A DNA stretch of 64,000 nt from assembly GCA_041691135.1 (NCBI GenBank), contig JBEPVF010000001.1:192001-256000 (forward strand). Reading direction: 5' to 3'. The notes under the pieces were generated by a model, which saw only the letters and a list, made by a program, of their open reading frames with translations, was not told where the DNA came from and ran no database searches. Positions 37,207-47,091 of the stretch are shown piece after piece (within the stretch, counting starts at the first letter, position 1; the number at the start of each line of letters is the position of its first letter). The translations under genes were made by a program, and so were the position numbers. The DNA comes from Candidatus Peribacteria bacterium (GTDB lineage Bacteria > Patescibacteriota > Gracilibacteria > Peribacterales > Peribacteraceae).

Positions 37207-40200
37207 TTATCGAGAAAGTGAGTGCGGTAGGGAAACTGTAAAGGTACTGCCACTGTCTTTTCCCTCCTCCGAGACAAAAGAGATCTTCCCGCCCAGCAAA
37301 TTGGTAAGAAGAGAGACCAGGTAGAGACCTAGCCCCGTGCCGTTTGTGTCCTTGTCTACAATATTATCTCCCCGAAAAAACTTCTTGAAGATCTTTTTCT
37401 TCTGGTGGGCGGGAATGCCATAGCCGAAGTCCTGGACTGTTATCTTCAGCCGTTCCTTCTGTTTCTTCACACGTACGATAATCTTGGCCTTTTCAGGACT
37501 GTACTTAGAGGCATTGCTCAACAGGTTTTTGATGATTTCCTTGAGAAATGCAGGATCGGTATGAATGGAGATTCTAGGCGGACAAACCAAGGACACGGAT
37601 TGCTCTTTGATGCCAGATTCCTTTTCCTCCGTGAACACTTTTTTGAGGAATGAACGCAAAGCGATTTTTGATAGTCTCATTTTCATCTCGCCTGACTCGA
37701 TACGCGCGATGTGGAGCATCGTATCGATTATTGCGGACATGCGCATTGCCGCATCCTTGCCCTCTTCCGCAAGCTTCCTACTCTCCGCATCATTTCCCTT
37801 TGCGGCAATATTTTTACTGAGCCGACCCATTCCCCAGCGCATGGCAGTGAGCGGTGTGCGCAATTGATGACTGGCGAGCGACATGAATTCTGATTTTGCT
37901 ATATCAATGCGCCGCTCACGAGCGATATCCCTGTACAGGAGCAAATGTCCCGCGTGTGCTCCGGCATGAAAAACAGGAGCATAGTCACAGAGCAGAACGC
38001 GACCGTCTTTCAGCAATACTTCCTGTCCCAGAAGCGGGGTCGTCATATGCCATATTTCTTCAAGTTTCTTTTTATAGGCTTTCGGATCGATCACCTGTTT
38101 CAAGAGCACTTCGATAATGTCCGGCAACCGAAGTTCTTTATCTGTGTAGTGTGAGTGATCTAGATTGAAAAGCAGGCAGAGCTGTTCATTGACGTGTAAC
38201 GTGCCCTGTTTGGCGGAGACAGCGAGTCCAGCTATGGGGATATTCGACAGCATGTCTTTCATGATTTGCAGATGCGTTCGTTCCTCCTTTTCTTCTTTCT
38301 CGGTGACATCTTCGAAGGCCAGTAAAATGAGCCGTTCGCTGCTCTTATCAAGCGGATCAATGGTACATGCGTTAAGGAGCATCGATTTCTGGCCAATAGA
38401 GGGAAATGTATGCTCCACCCGGAAATCATCGAATTGCGTATTCTGGGGAATAATATGCTCAAGAAGCTGCCGGAGTTCGGGGATATTCCACTGACCGTTG
38501 CCCAGATCGTAGATGAGCCGTCCGATTGTCTTTTCTTCGTTCGTTTTAAAGGCGCGATAAAACGTTCTATTGGCAGTCTGCACTCTCAATTCACTATCAA
38601 GAACGATCAGCGACTCGCGCACCGTTTTAAAAATCGCTTCTTTATAATCTTTGGAAAATGTCAGTGCGCGGTTGAGCTCCGTCATTTCGATATTGCGGTT
38701 CTGCAGTTCGTCATTGACGGTGCTTAATTCCTCGTTGGTGGATTGCAGTTCTTCTTTTGAGGTTTCCAATTCTTCATTCGTGCTCTGGAATTCCTCATTG
38801 CTGGAGAGTGCTTCCTCATTTGCCGCCTGGAGTTCGTCGGTTGCCATCTCGTGATCATGAATGACCGTTTGCACGTACTCACGCGCGAGTGCGAGTTCTT
38901 GCTCCAGTTGAACGACAAGCGTGTCGCCAGCCGAAAGTTTTTCCTTGTTCTTGCCCTCCCGGGTGCCTTTTACAGAAGGGATAAGTCCGCTATGGAACAG
39001 GAGAAGAAAGCAGCGGTTTTCGGAGGACGTATCGAGAGGCAATATTTCAAAAGAAACATGCTCATCATCACCGATGCGAATGCTTTCACTGCGTAGCGGC
39101 TCATTATTTTTAAGGACAGTCTTTATGGCCGAATGGAGTTCTACCAATAAACTCTCTCGTACCATCTTCAGCAGATTCAAACTGGCTTTCCCCACGGCCG
39201 GTTTCAGATACGAACTCGTATCGCCTCGGAATTCCAAAATTTCCATGTCCTCATTGATGATCACTCCGGCGAGTGCGAAGCGGGCAAGCGTGGCCCTGTC
39301 CGCCTTTTCAGCAAAAGACAGAGCGGACGAAACACCTTCCTGATCGAGTTGCCGTATCGCCAGACGTGATGGAATTTTGCCATCGGGCTGAGGAGTCGAA
39401 AACTTTCGGTGTACCCGGCTCGGTGCGACTTTTCGGGAATAGATCTTCGCTTTTTTCTCTATCAAACCCAGAAGATCGGCGCACGATCCGACGCTTTCGG
39501 ATTTACCAAGCATGAGGTATCCCTTTGGCTTCAGTGCATAGTGAAATGTGGAGAGCACCTTTTTCTGCAGTTCCGGAGTAAAGTAAATGAGCAAATTACG
39601 GCAGGTGATGAAATCCAATTGGGAGAACGGCGGATCTTGGGCGACATTTTGCTTGGCGAACACACAGAGGTCGCGGATTTCTTTGTTGATCTGGTATGTG
39701 TCACCCACTTTGGTAAAGAACTTTTTCAGACGCACGGGTGAAACATCGAGAGCGATATTTTCGACGTAGATTCCTGCCCTCGCTTTTTCCAGAACCGGCT
39801 CGCTGATATCCGATGCAAATATTTGTATAGGGAATCCGGCGGCACGTTTTCCCATGTATTCTTTTAGACAAATGGCCAGAGAATAGGCTTCCTGCCCCGT
39901 GGAACAGCCGGGTACCCAGATACGCAGAGGGGCAGTTGCAGGGCGATTTTTGAGGAGAAGCGGGAATACTTCTTTTTTCAGAGTTTCAAAGGCCTCCGCA
40001 TCGCGGAAGAAACTCGTCACCGGGATCAGGAACTCCTGAGATAAGGCTTTCACTTCTTCCGGTTTTTTTCGCAGGTACGTGACATACTCGCTCATTTTTT
40101 CCATGCCATGCAGTGCCAACCGTCGCTCAATGCGCCGCTGCAATGTCGAGTGCTTATACTGACTGAAATCAATGCCGGTACCGGTGCGCACCAAGCGGAA

Positions 40201-40851
40201 AACCTCTTCCAACCCCAGATCTTTTTCAAGGAGTATTGCGGCCTTTGGCTGCACTATGGGTACCGCAAGCAAACGAGGTGCAAGGAGCGAAAGCTCGCGA
40301 GCGATCTTCTCGGGGGAAAGCACGAAATCCACATGGTCGGTTGCAACGGCATTACGCGGCATGTCACTGAATTTGGCTGAGTGTTCGTCTTGAGCGAAGG
40401 TAATGCCGCCTTCACTCTTGATCTCTTCCATCGCAAGAGTGCCATCCGATCCCGTACCGGAAAGAATCACGCCAATGGCCATATTTTTCCGTTCACTCGC
40501 AAGGGAACGAAGAAAATAATCGATGGGCATATGTAATCCCTTCGTCGCTGAACGTGGCATCAACTTCAATTGCCCCCGCCTTGTCGCCATATTGGTATTG
40601 GGAGGGATCACATACACGCGATTCGCCTTGATATGCGTACCGTTTTTCACAGTCTCTACTGTCATGGAAGTTGCTTTCGACAGAATTTCCGTGAGCATGC
40701 TCTGATGCGTCGGATCAAGATGCTGCACTAAGACAAACGCCATACCCGTATCAACGGGCAGATGCTTGAGTAGGCGTGTAAACGCGTCTAGTCCTCCCGC
40801 CGAAGCGCCGATGCCTACGATGGGGATTTGCCGTGAGACCTTCTGAGAAAT
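37207..40851 (-). CDS. CheB-CheR-PAS-histidine kinase fusion (start uncertain)
   Basis: In-frame IVGIGASAGG upstream of ATG 40743; QHL, GSDG; CheR VPGCSTGQEAYS; ASHQLRTP; GTGLGL. Confidence 0.88.
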   Translation of the reverse strand: MSQKVSRQIPIVGIGASAGGLDAFTRLLKHLPVDTGMAFVLVQHLDPTHQSMLTEILSKATSMTVETVKNGTHIKANRVYVIPPNTNMATRRGQLKLMPRSATKGLHMPIDYFLRSLASERKNMAIGVILSGTGSDGTLAMEEIKSEGGITFAQDEHSAKFSDMPRNAVATDHVDFVLSPEKIARELSLLAPRLLAVPIVQPKAAILLEKDLGLEEVFRLVRTGTGIDFSQYKHSTLQRRIERRLALHGMEKMSEYVTYLRKKPEEVKALSQEFLIPVTSFFRDAEAFETLKKEVFPLLLKNRPATAPLRIWVPGCSTGQEAYSLAICLKEYMGKRAAGFPIQIFASDISEPVLEKARAGIYVENIALDVSPVRLKKFFTKVGDTYQINKEIRDLCVFAKQNVAQDPPFSQLDFITCRNLLIYFTPELQKKVLSTFHYALKPKGYLMLGKSESVGSCADLLGLIEKKAKIYSRKVAPSRVHRKFSTPQPDGKIPSRLAIRQLDQEGVSSALSFAEKADRATLARFALAGVIINEDMEILEFRGDTSSYLKPAVGKASLNLLKMVRESLLVELHSAIKTVLKNNEPLRSESIRIGDDEHVSFEILPLDTSSENRCFLLLFHSGLIPSVKGTREGKNKEKLSAGDTLVVQLEQELALAREYVQTVIHDHEMATDELQAANEEALSSNEEFQSTNEELETSKEELQSTNEELSTVNDELQNRNIEMTELNRALTFSKDYKEAIFKTVRESLIVLDSELRVQTANRTFYRAFKTNEEKTIGRLIYDLGNGQWNIPELRQLLEHIIPQNTQFDDFRVEHTFPSIGQKSMLLNACTIDPLDKSSERLILLAFEDVTEKEEKEERTHLQIMKDMLSNIPIAGLAVSAKQGTLHVNEQLCLLFNLDHSHYTDKELRLPDIIEVLLKQVIDPKAYKKKLEEIWHMTTPLLGQEVLLKDGRVLLCDYAPVFHAGAHAGHLLLYRDIARERRIDIAKSEFMSLASHQLRTPLTAMRWGMGRLSKNIAAKGNDAESRKLAEEGKDAAMRMSAIIDTMLHIARIESGEMKMRLSKIALRSFLKKVFTEEKESGIKEQSVSLVCPPRISIHTDPAFLKEIIKNLLSNASKYSPEKAKIIVRVKKQKERLKITVQDFGYGIPAHQKKKIFKKFFRGDNIVDKDTNGTGLGLYLVSLLTNLLGGKISFVSEEGKDSGSTFTVSLPHSLSR

Positions 40852-41356
40852 GCTCTGAGCAGGCTGACTCTGTGCATGGGAAACCCGAACTTTGGCTAAG
40901 TTCTTTTGAAATCGAACTCCGGCTGCATGTTCTGGTGAAGCCTTCTGGATCGTCTCTGCCGCTCACTGTGCACCATCTCACGAATTTTTAAAGAGAGGAC
41001 GGATTCTGCGCTCCCGCTTTTCTGACCGGCAACTCGCCGATGTTCCTTTTGTATAGGCTTCATGTGACTTGCAATCCTACACCTAATATTGCTATTTGCA
41101 TAATAGTTGAGGCTTTATACTGCAATCTTGAAAAAGGAAGAGGCAGGGTATGCCTGACGGCCTGTATGAAACGCTTTTCGGCAAGGACAAGTGGTAAGCT
41201 TTGTTGCCTCTCAAGCGTCATGACTACTGGCTTCACTCTTAATCTTCGACCTCCACCCCCTTTCGCTCCTCTTTGGGGCATTGAGGAACGGGGCGGATCA
41301 GTGACTTGCGACTGAGAGGGAATTCCACTTTTTTACTTTCATTCCTCCTATTTTTT

Positions 41357-41482
41357 ATGACACCGCTACCACAAGACTTGCCGAAGAATACTGCTCAGAC
41401 CCACGGGCAAGACCAGAACGCTGCCCAGGAATCCAAGGATGCGCCAGCAACGGGGAAGCCCATGGATACTCCGAAGAAGTAA
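41357..41482 (+). CDS. 41-aa small protein (MTPLPQDLPKNTAQTHGQDQNAAQESKDAPATGKPMDTPKK)
   Basis: U-rich leader like other genes here; followed by the hairpin 41497-41521. Confidence 0.5.
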   Translation: MTPLPQDLPKNTAQTHGQDQNAAQESKDAPATGKPMDTPKK

Positions 41483-41859
41483 GTTGGCCTTGATGACTCT
41501 GCCGTCTTCGGGACGGCAGAGGGCAGAAGCGTGGATTGGTATGCTACGTAACTTTTTTCTTATAAGTGGATGAATTTCGCAGTATCGGTATTTTACAAAA
41601 TTTATTCAGCTTTCTTGCGAGGTTGAATTTTTCTGGGATAGGGAGGATGCGAACAGACAAGCTTCATAATTTTTGCATCGATCATGCTTAGAAAAGAAAT
41701 GAGGCGCATTTCTCCGAATGTGCTATTTATGCACAAGGGATGCGAATATTCTTGATTGCTCTGTAGATAGTAGGCAGTTCAGTAAACAACCACGATGCAC
41801 CACCATACTCACCATTTTCAGACTTTGGCTTTAGAAGCTGGTCGGTTTACACTGGGGAC

Positions 41860-42297
41860 ATGGCAATCCGAAAAATCGATCACGTGGGCATAATCGTTCA
41901 GAATCTGGCTGCAGCGAAAGAATTTTTTCTTGACCTTGGACTCGTGCTCCAGGGCGAAGCAACTGTGAAAGGCGAGTGGGCGGAGAAGGTGATAGCCCTA
42001 AAAAACGTAAAGGCAGACATCGCAATGCTGCAGACGCCGGATGGTCAAATGAGTGTGGAGCTGAGCCAGTTTCATACGCCTCCAAGCGCGAAAGAGGAAC
42101 ACTATCCTTTGTCGAATACATTGGGCATTCGGCATATAGCATTCATCGTGGACGACATCGACGCCATCGTCGCCCGCTTGAAAAGCAAAGGCACGGAAAC
42201 GTTCAGCGACGTGCAAAACTATCAGGATGTATACAAATTATGCTACATCCGCGGCCCCGAAGGCATAATCCTGGAATTGGCCGAGGAGCTTCGATAG
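41860..42297 (+). CDS. VOC/glyoxalase family protein
   Basis: IDHVGI, VELSQF, HIAFIVDD, GPEGIILELAE. Confidence 0.9.
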   Translation: MAIRKIDHVGIIVQNLAAAKEFFLDLGLVLQGEATVKGEWAEKVIALKNVKADIAMLQTPDGQMSVELSQFHTPPSAKEEHYPLSNTLGIRHIAFIVDDIDAIVARLKSKGTETFSDVQNYQDVYKLCYIRGPEGIILELAEELR

Positions 42298-42315
42298 CGC
42301 CCATATACTGAGCCA

Positions 42316-44079
42316 TCAACTCTGCCGCTTCCCATGCAGCAGCATTTCGAGTGCGTGATCGAATGAGCCGGCACGGATCACGTCTCCCGCATTCACGAAG
42401 TATATTTCATCCGCATTCTCGATAGTATTGAGGCGGTGCGCGATGATCACTCGCGTCGTTTCTTTGGAAAGCTTTTCTAATATTTCCTCCAAGAGCTGTT
42501 CCGTGACGGTATCGATGTTCGCCGTCGCTTCGTCGAGAATCAGAATATCCGGATTCCTCAGTACCACCCGCATGAAGGCAATGAGTTGCCGTTGACCCAA
42601 GCTGATGGCTTCGCCGCCGCTCGTGACCTTTGTTTGCAGCCCCTGTTCGAAGCGCGCAAGCAGCTGATCGAGATTCGCTTTCTCGAGATGTTCGATCACC
42701 TCACTGTCCGACAAATTCTTGTACTGATCATTGCCGTACAGGATATTTTCCCGCACGGTTCCGGTGAACAGAAAAGGCTCCTGTAGGATGAATCCGATTT
42801 TTTGCGTACGTTCACTGGGTTCATAGGAACGAATATCTTTCCCCTCAAGAAGCACCTTCCCTTCCGTGGGATCGTACAAGCGCGCCATGAGTGAGGCTGT
42901 CGTCGTCTTACCGCCTCCGGTCGGTCCGACCAGCGCATAGGTTTTCCCTCGCTCGAGAGTAAGACTGATGCCATGAAGGACTTCTTTACCGTCGGGATAG
43001 CTGAAATGCACGTCCTGGAATTCCAAGAACGGTGCAGGGAGCTGTGCCTTTTCTGCCGGCACGACTGTCATATCCGATTCAAGCGCGAGAATGGCCGCAA
43101 TGCGATCCCAGCCGGCCATTCCAGCTTGAAAGGAAGCCCACACCGACGCCAACTGTCGCAGTGGATCGTAGAAGCGCGTCACGTAGGCCAGGAAGCTGAT
43201 GAGGAGTCCGATTGTGAACGCGCCGGTCGTGATCAACTCGATGCCGTAGGCGAGCACGATGAGCTGCGCCAAGTTGCTGCAAAAGCCATAGATGGGAGTG
43301 AAGATGTTGTTGGCGATGCCCGCTTTGACGGACATCGAGAAGTTCTCCTCGTTAGCGGCACCAAAGCGCGTGCGGAAGTAATCACGACGGTTGAATGCAA
43401 CGACGACTTTGAAGTTATGGAGACTCTCCTGAATCTCGGCACTCAATCCACCGATCGCCTGCAGGCTGAGCGTGTTCTTGCGCCTGATCCATGCCGAGAG
43501 AATTTGTGTGATGATAAGGAGTCCGAGAGCCGGAAGGAGCGCGGCCCCGCCCAGCCGAATATTGAGGGACAGGAGAAAAATTCCCGCTCCGACGATCATG
43601 AACAGGTTCCCGATGAACTGCATCAGGGCCTGCGAGAAGAATTGATTCAGTTTGTCCGTATCGTTATTGATGCGCGAAATAAGGTCACCGGCTTTATTCT
43701 GATTGAAGAAGGCTACCGGAAGCGCCTGTAATTTGGTGAATACGGCGTTACGAAGATTAAAGAGCAAGCGCTGCCCGATGCCGCCCATGAGCGTCGTCTG
43801 GAAATAGTTGGCGACGAGTGCCGTGGCATAGATGACCAGGAGAATCGCCGAGAAGAGCAGGACTCCTTGATACTGTCCGGTCACGACATAGGCATCGATG
43901 GTATGGCCGATGAGCAATGGCGCAAGGAGGTTCAATCCGGCATTCAGGACAATCGCAACGATTGCCAGCACGAGCGTCCACTTTTCATCTTTGAGGAGCG
44001 GCCACAACTTCAGGAGCGCTGAGAAAGCACTCGAGGGCTTTGGTGCGGGGCCGGTGGAGTGAGAGAGTGCGTACTTCAT
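42316..44079 (-). CDS. ABC exporter subunit (TMD+NBD, consensus site)
   Basis: TMD; GPTGGGKTT; SLGQRQ; LDEAT; AHRL. Confidence 0.93.
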   Translation of the reverse strand: MKYALSHSTGPAPKPSSAFSALLKLWPLLKDEKWTLVLAIVAIVLNAGLNLLAPLLIGHTIDAYVVTGQYQGVLLFSAILLVIYATALVANYFQTTLMGGIGQRLLFNLRNAVFTKLQALPVAFFNQNKAGDLISRINNDTDKLNQFFSQALMQFIGNLFMIVGAGIFLLSLNIRLGGAALLPALGLLIITQILSAWIRRKNTLSLQAIGGLSAEIQESLHNFKVVVAFNRRDYFRTRFGAANEENFSMSVKAGIANNIFTPIYGFCSNLAQLIVLAYGIELITTGAFTIGLLISFLAYVTRFYDPLRQLASVWASFQAGMAGWDRIAAILALESDMTVVPAEKAQLPAPFLEFQDVHFSYPDGKEVLHGISLTLERGKTYALVGPTGGGKTTTASLMARLYDPTEGKVLLEGKDIRSYEPSERTQKIGFILQEPFLFTGTVRENILYGNDQYKNLSDSEVIEHLEKANLDQLLARFEQGLQTKVTSGGEAISLGQRQLIAFMRVVLRNPDILILDEATANIDTVTEQLLEEILEKLSKETTRVIIAHRLNTIENADEIYFVNAGDVIRAGSFDHALEMLLHGKRQS

Positions 44080-45818
44080 AATTGACTGGTGCTGCGTTGT
44101 GATTGATAAATTTGGACATACTCGGGCGATGTCTTCATGAGTTCCTCGTGCGTGCCCTGCGCCAATAATTCACCCTCCATAAGCAGAATGACCTGATCGA
44201 ACGTCTGCGCCGATGCGATCTTCTGTGTGACGGAAACCAGGGTGATACCGGAATAATTGCGGAGGACATTCGCAAGAATTTTTTGTTCGGTATTCGTGTC
44301 TACACGCGCAGTGAAATCATCGAGGAGAAGTACTCTCGGATTCAAAGCCAATGCACGTGCCAGCATGATGCGCTGCTTCTGACCGCCGGAGAGGTTAGTT
44401 CCGCGCTCGGAGACGATCGTGTCGAACTTCTCCGGAAGTTCATTGATAAAATCCTGCAATTCTGCGGTTTCGATTGCCTTCTGCATGTCTTCATCCCGCA
44501 CGCTGTCGCCGAAAGCGATATTCTCGCGCACGGACATGTTGAAAATGATGCTGTCTTGGAACACGAGTCCGATCTGTCGATGAAATGCGGTTTTCTCGTA
44601 TGCTTCCAACGGCTTCCCATCGTACTCAATCGACCCGGATGTGGGTTGGATCAATCCCGTGAGCAAGGCAAGCAGCTGCGTCTTCCCGGCTCCGGTCGGA
44701 CCGATGATGGCAGTTCTTGTTCCCGCCTTCACCGAAAAGGAAACCTGTTTGAGCGCGGCTTTTTCTCCGAACATAAGGGAGACGTCTTTGAGCGCGATAT
44801 CACCGCGCAGAAGAGACGTGTCGGTTCCGACAGCTTCCTCTTCTTTACTGACGAGTACCTCGACAATTCTTTGATACGAAGCCGTCGCTCGCGCGATGAC
44901 CGTGCTCATAAATCCGAGGATGATGATCGGAAAAATAAGAATCGACAGATAACTGTTGAAGGCGGCGAATTGCCCAAGCGTCATGGTGCCCGCGATGACG
45001 AAATGTCCGCCGAGAGCGAGAATAACGAGTGCCGCAACGTTCGCAACGAACGTGATGACTGGAATCAAGGACGCAAAGAGACGCAGGATTTGCATCCCCA
45101 AATCTTTTGCATTCGCATTGGCAGCCACGAACTTGTCATATTCGTATTGCTGCGAGTTGAGCACCCGGATCAACGCGGACCCAAGAATGCTTTCGTTGAT
45201 GACTTTGTTCAGCCAGTCGATGACTTCCTGCGTCTTGCGGAAAAGTGAGCTCACTTTTCTGAAGACGAAGAAAAATGCGCCTCCGATGATGGGGATGATG
45301 GCAAGCACCGCGAGCGCAAGTTTCCAGTTAAGAAAGAGAAGCAATGCGCTGGCCCCGATAATGAGAACGATGGAAGAGACGATGGACACAACTGCTTGCG
45401 AGACGAACATCTTCACCGAATCGACATCGGATGTCAGATTCGTCAGCAGCTTGCCAGGTGTCACATTCTGCACGAAAGCGGCGCTCTGCCTGGAAATTTT
45501 TGCAGATGTCTGCTGGCGCAGATCGCGGGCAACGCGTTCGGAGGCATATGTCTGAATGATGCTCTGCAGGTAAGCGAAAATGAAAACGGCAAGAGCTGCG
45601 AGTGAGAACTCCAGCACGACCGTCTGCACGGCAAAGTGTCCTTGGGTGTAGGCGTCGATCCCACGTGAAACAATCAGCGGAATTATGAGGTTAAGGCTAT
45701 TACTAAGGAGCGCGAAGACAATGAGCAAGACGATCCAACCGGTATACGGCTTGAGAAGCCCGATCAGATTCGTCGCAGGGACCGTCGGGGCCGGCGATGT
45801 GTTCTGCTTGTCAGACAT
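44076..45818 (-). CDS. ABC exporter subunit (TMD+NBD, degenerate site)
   Basis: TMD; GPTGAGKT; LSGGQKQR; LDDFT; TQK instead of H-loop. Confidence 0.93.
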   Translation of the reverse strand: MSDKQNTSPAPTVPATNLIGLLKPYTGWIVLLIVFALLSNSLNLIIPLIVSRGIDAYTQGHFAVQTVVLEFSLAALAVFIFAYLQSIIQTYASERVARDLRQQTSAKISRQSAAFVQNVTPGKLLTNLTSDVDSVKMFVSQAVVSIVSSIVLIIGASALLLFLNWKLALAVLAIIPIIGGAFFFVFRKVSSLFRKTQEVIDWLNKVINESILGSALIRVLNSQQYEYDKFVAANANAKDLGMQILRLFASLIPVITFVANVAALVILALGGHFVIAGTMTLGQFAAFNSYLSILIFPIIILGFMSTVIARATASYQRIVEVLVSKEEEAVGTDTSLLRGDIALKDVSLMFGEKAALKQVSFSVKAGTRTAIIGPTGAGKTQLLALLTGLIQPTSGSIEYDGKPLEAYEKTAFHRQIGLVFQDSIIFNMSVRENIAFGDSVRDEDMQKAIETAELQDFINELPEKFDTIVSERGTNLSGGQKQRIMLARALALNPRVLLLDDFTARVDTNTEQKILANVLRNYSGITLVSVTQKIASAQTFDQVILLMEGELLAQGTHEELMKTSPEYVQIYQSQRSTSQL

Positions 45819-45821
45819 AGG

Positions 45822-46250
45822 TTACCGCTGCGTACGGGAGAGTTTTTGCTGGAGTACTGCCAATTGTTTCAGTTCGTTATCCGTCAGTGGCGAAAGAATC
45901 TGAGTGAGTGCCTTCAGACGCTGCTCGCGTGCTTCCTTCAGTAATTTCTCTCCTTTCTTCGTGAGGATCAGACGGATCTTCCTCCGATCGTCCGCATCTT
46001 CGGTGCGCGATATCAATGCCAACTGCACCAGGGAATCGACCAACTGTGTGGCCGCACTGGAGGTCATACAGAGTTGCTCTGCAAGCTCCTTAATGCTGAG
46101 CGCCTTCCCCTGGGCAACCACGAACAGGATACCCAATTGAGCACGTGTGGGTGCGTTGGGACTTGCATTGACCGGCTTTGGCGGCATGAATGCATGGCGC
46201 ATATAGCGATAGCTATCAAATACATCAATGATGAGCTGTGCTCGATCCAT
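45822..46250 (-). CDS. MarR family regulator
   Basis: wHTH; DRRKIRLILTKKG. Confidence 0.92.
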   Translation of the reverse strand: MDRAQLIIDVFDSYRYMRHAFMPPKPVNASPNAPTRAQLGILFVVAQGKALSIKELAEQLCMTSSAATQLVDSLVQLALISRTEDADDRRKIRLILTKKGEKLLKEAREQRLKALTQILSPLTDNELKQLAVLQQKLSRTQR

Positions 46251-46262
46251 GGAATTGGATGA

Positions 46263-46289
46263 TAAGAAACTTAATAAGTAAGTTTCTTA
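46263..46289. promoter_or_regulatory. probable MarR operator
   Basis: Perfect inverted repeat TAAGAAACTTA-N5-TAAGTTTCTTA, just downstream of a minus-strand TTGACT/TATTGT promoter (46290-46317). Confidence 0.8.
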
Positions 46290-46450
46290 ACAATATAGGA
46301 ATACCATTTGAAGTCAAATACAATAACTAGTTCGTGTCGTTTGATTCTCGTCCCCCTAGATTTCTAATGACACGAGAATAATTCTGCGTCTTTCCAATTT
46401 TAGAAATAGTGCACATTGAAATGCGGCGGGTGTTACCCGCCGCTGTGCCG

Positions 46451-46711
46451 TCAGCTCTTAAGCTGAAGGCTCTTCCGCCTGCGTGTGTCTCTGCGCCGTT
46501 TTTTCCGTTGACTACGGCGCGGCAGACGCCACGAGGTCTCCCACCCCGGGGGAACCAAGGAGAAAACGATCCCCACGATGAGGCTGAAGACCAACACTAC
46601 AAACATCGCAGCAATCGGACCGTTCTGATTCCCTGCTGCCATTCCTGGCAGAAACACAATCAGAAAGACACCCATCAAAGACACAACGTCTTTGAATTTC
46701 TGACCAACCAT
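46451..46711 (-). CDS. small 2-TM protein with an Arg-rich tail
   Basis: GAGGAG SD-like motif before ATG; hairpin at 46423-46443 downstream. Confidence 0.6.
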   Translation of the reverse strand: MVGQKFKDVVSLMGVFLIVFLPGMAAGNQNGPIAAMFVVLVFSLIVGIVFSLVPPGWETSWRLPRRSQRKKRRRDTRRRKSLQLKS

Positions 46712-47091
46712 TGTGGATCTCCTCATGACGTAGGCCGTAAGTCTGTGGAAGCCACAAACCCTGGCCTATTCCTAGAAATATAGCAGGCGGAACTGCAGCA
46801 CTCGGTGAGTGCGGCAGAGAACCTGCTATGTATGCAATGTTGTAAAAGATCAAGACACGTCGAAATCGGCCCGCGCGAGACCGATCGGGCTAAATAACAC
46901 AGTATAATCAAAAAAACAAGGGTCGGCTTTTTTAAAAAAGCTTAAATTGCTTGTTAAAACAACATTTCAATTTTGGCTTTAAAAACTATCACGCAATTGC
47001 CTGCGACTTGGGTTTGAATCTGAATTTTCCTGCGAAGAGAGGATATCGGTTTCATTGACTAATTTAATAATAGTTTTATATTTTTATCATA

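Noticed and set aside
40963-40980. UGA recoding (genetic code 25) to extend the CheB fusion
   Set aside because: Conserved genes here (e.g. obgE, nfo, prmC, nadK) end properly at TGA, so code 11 applies.
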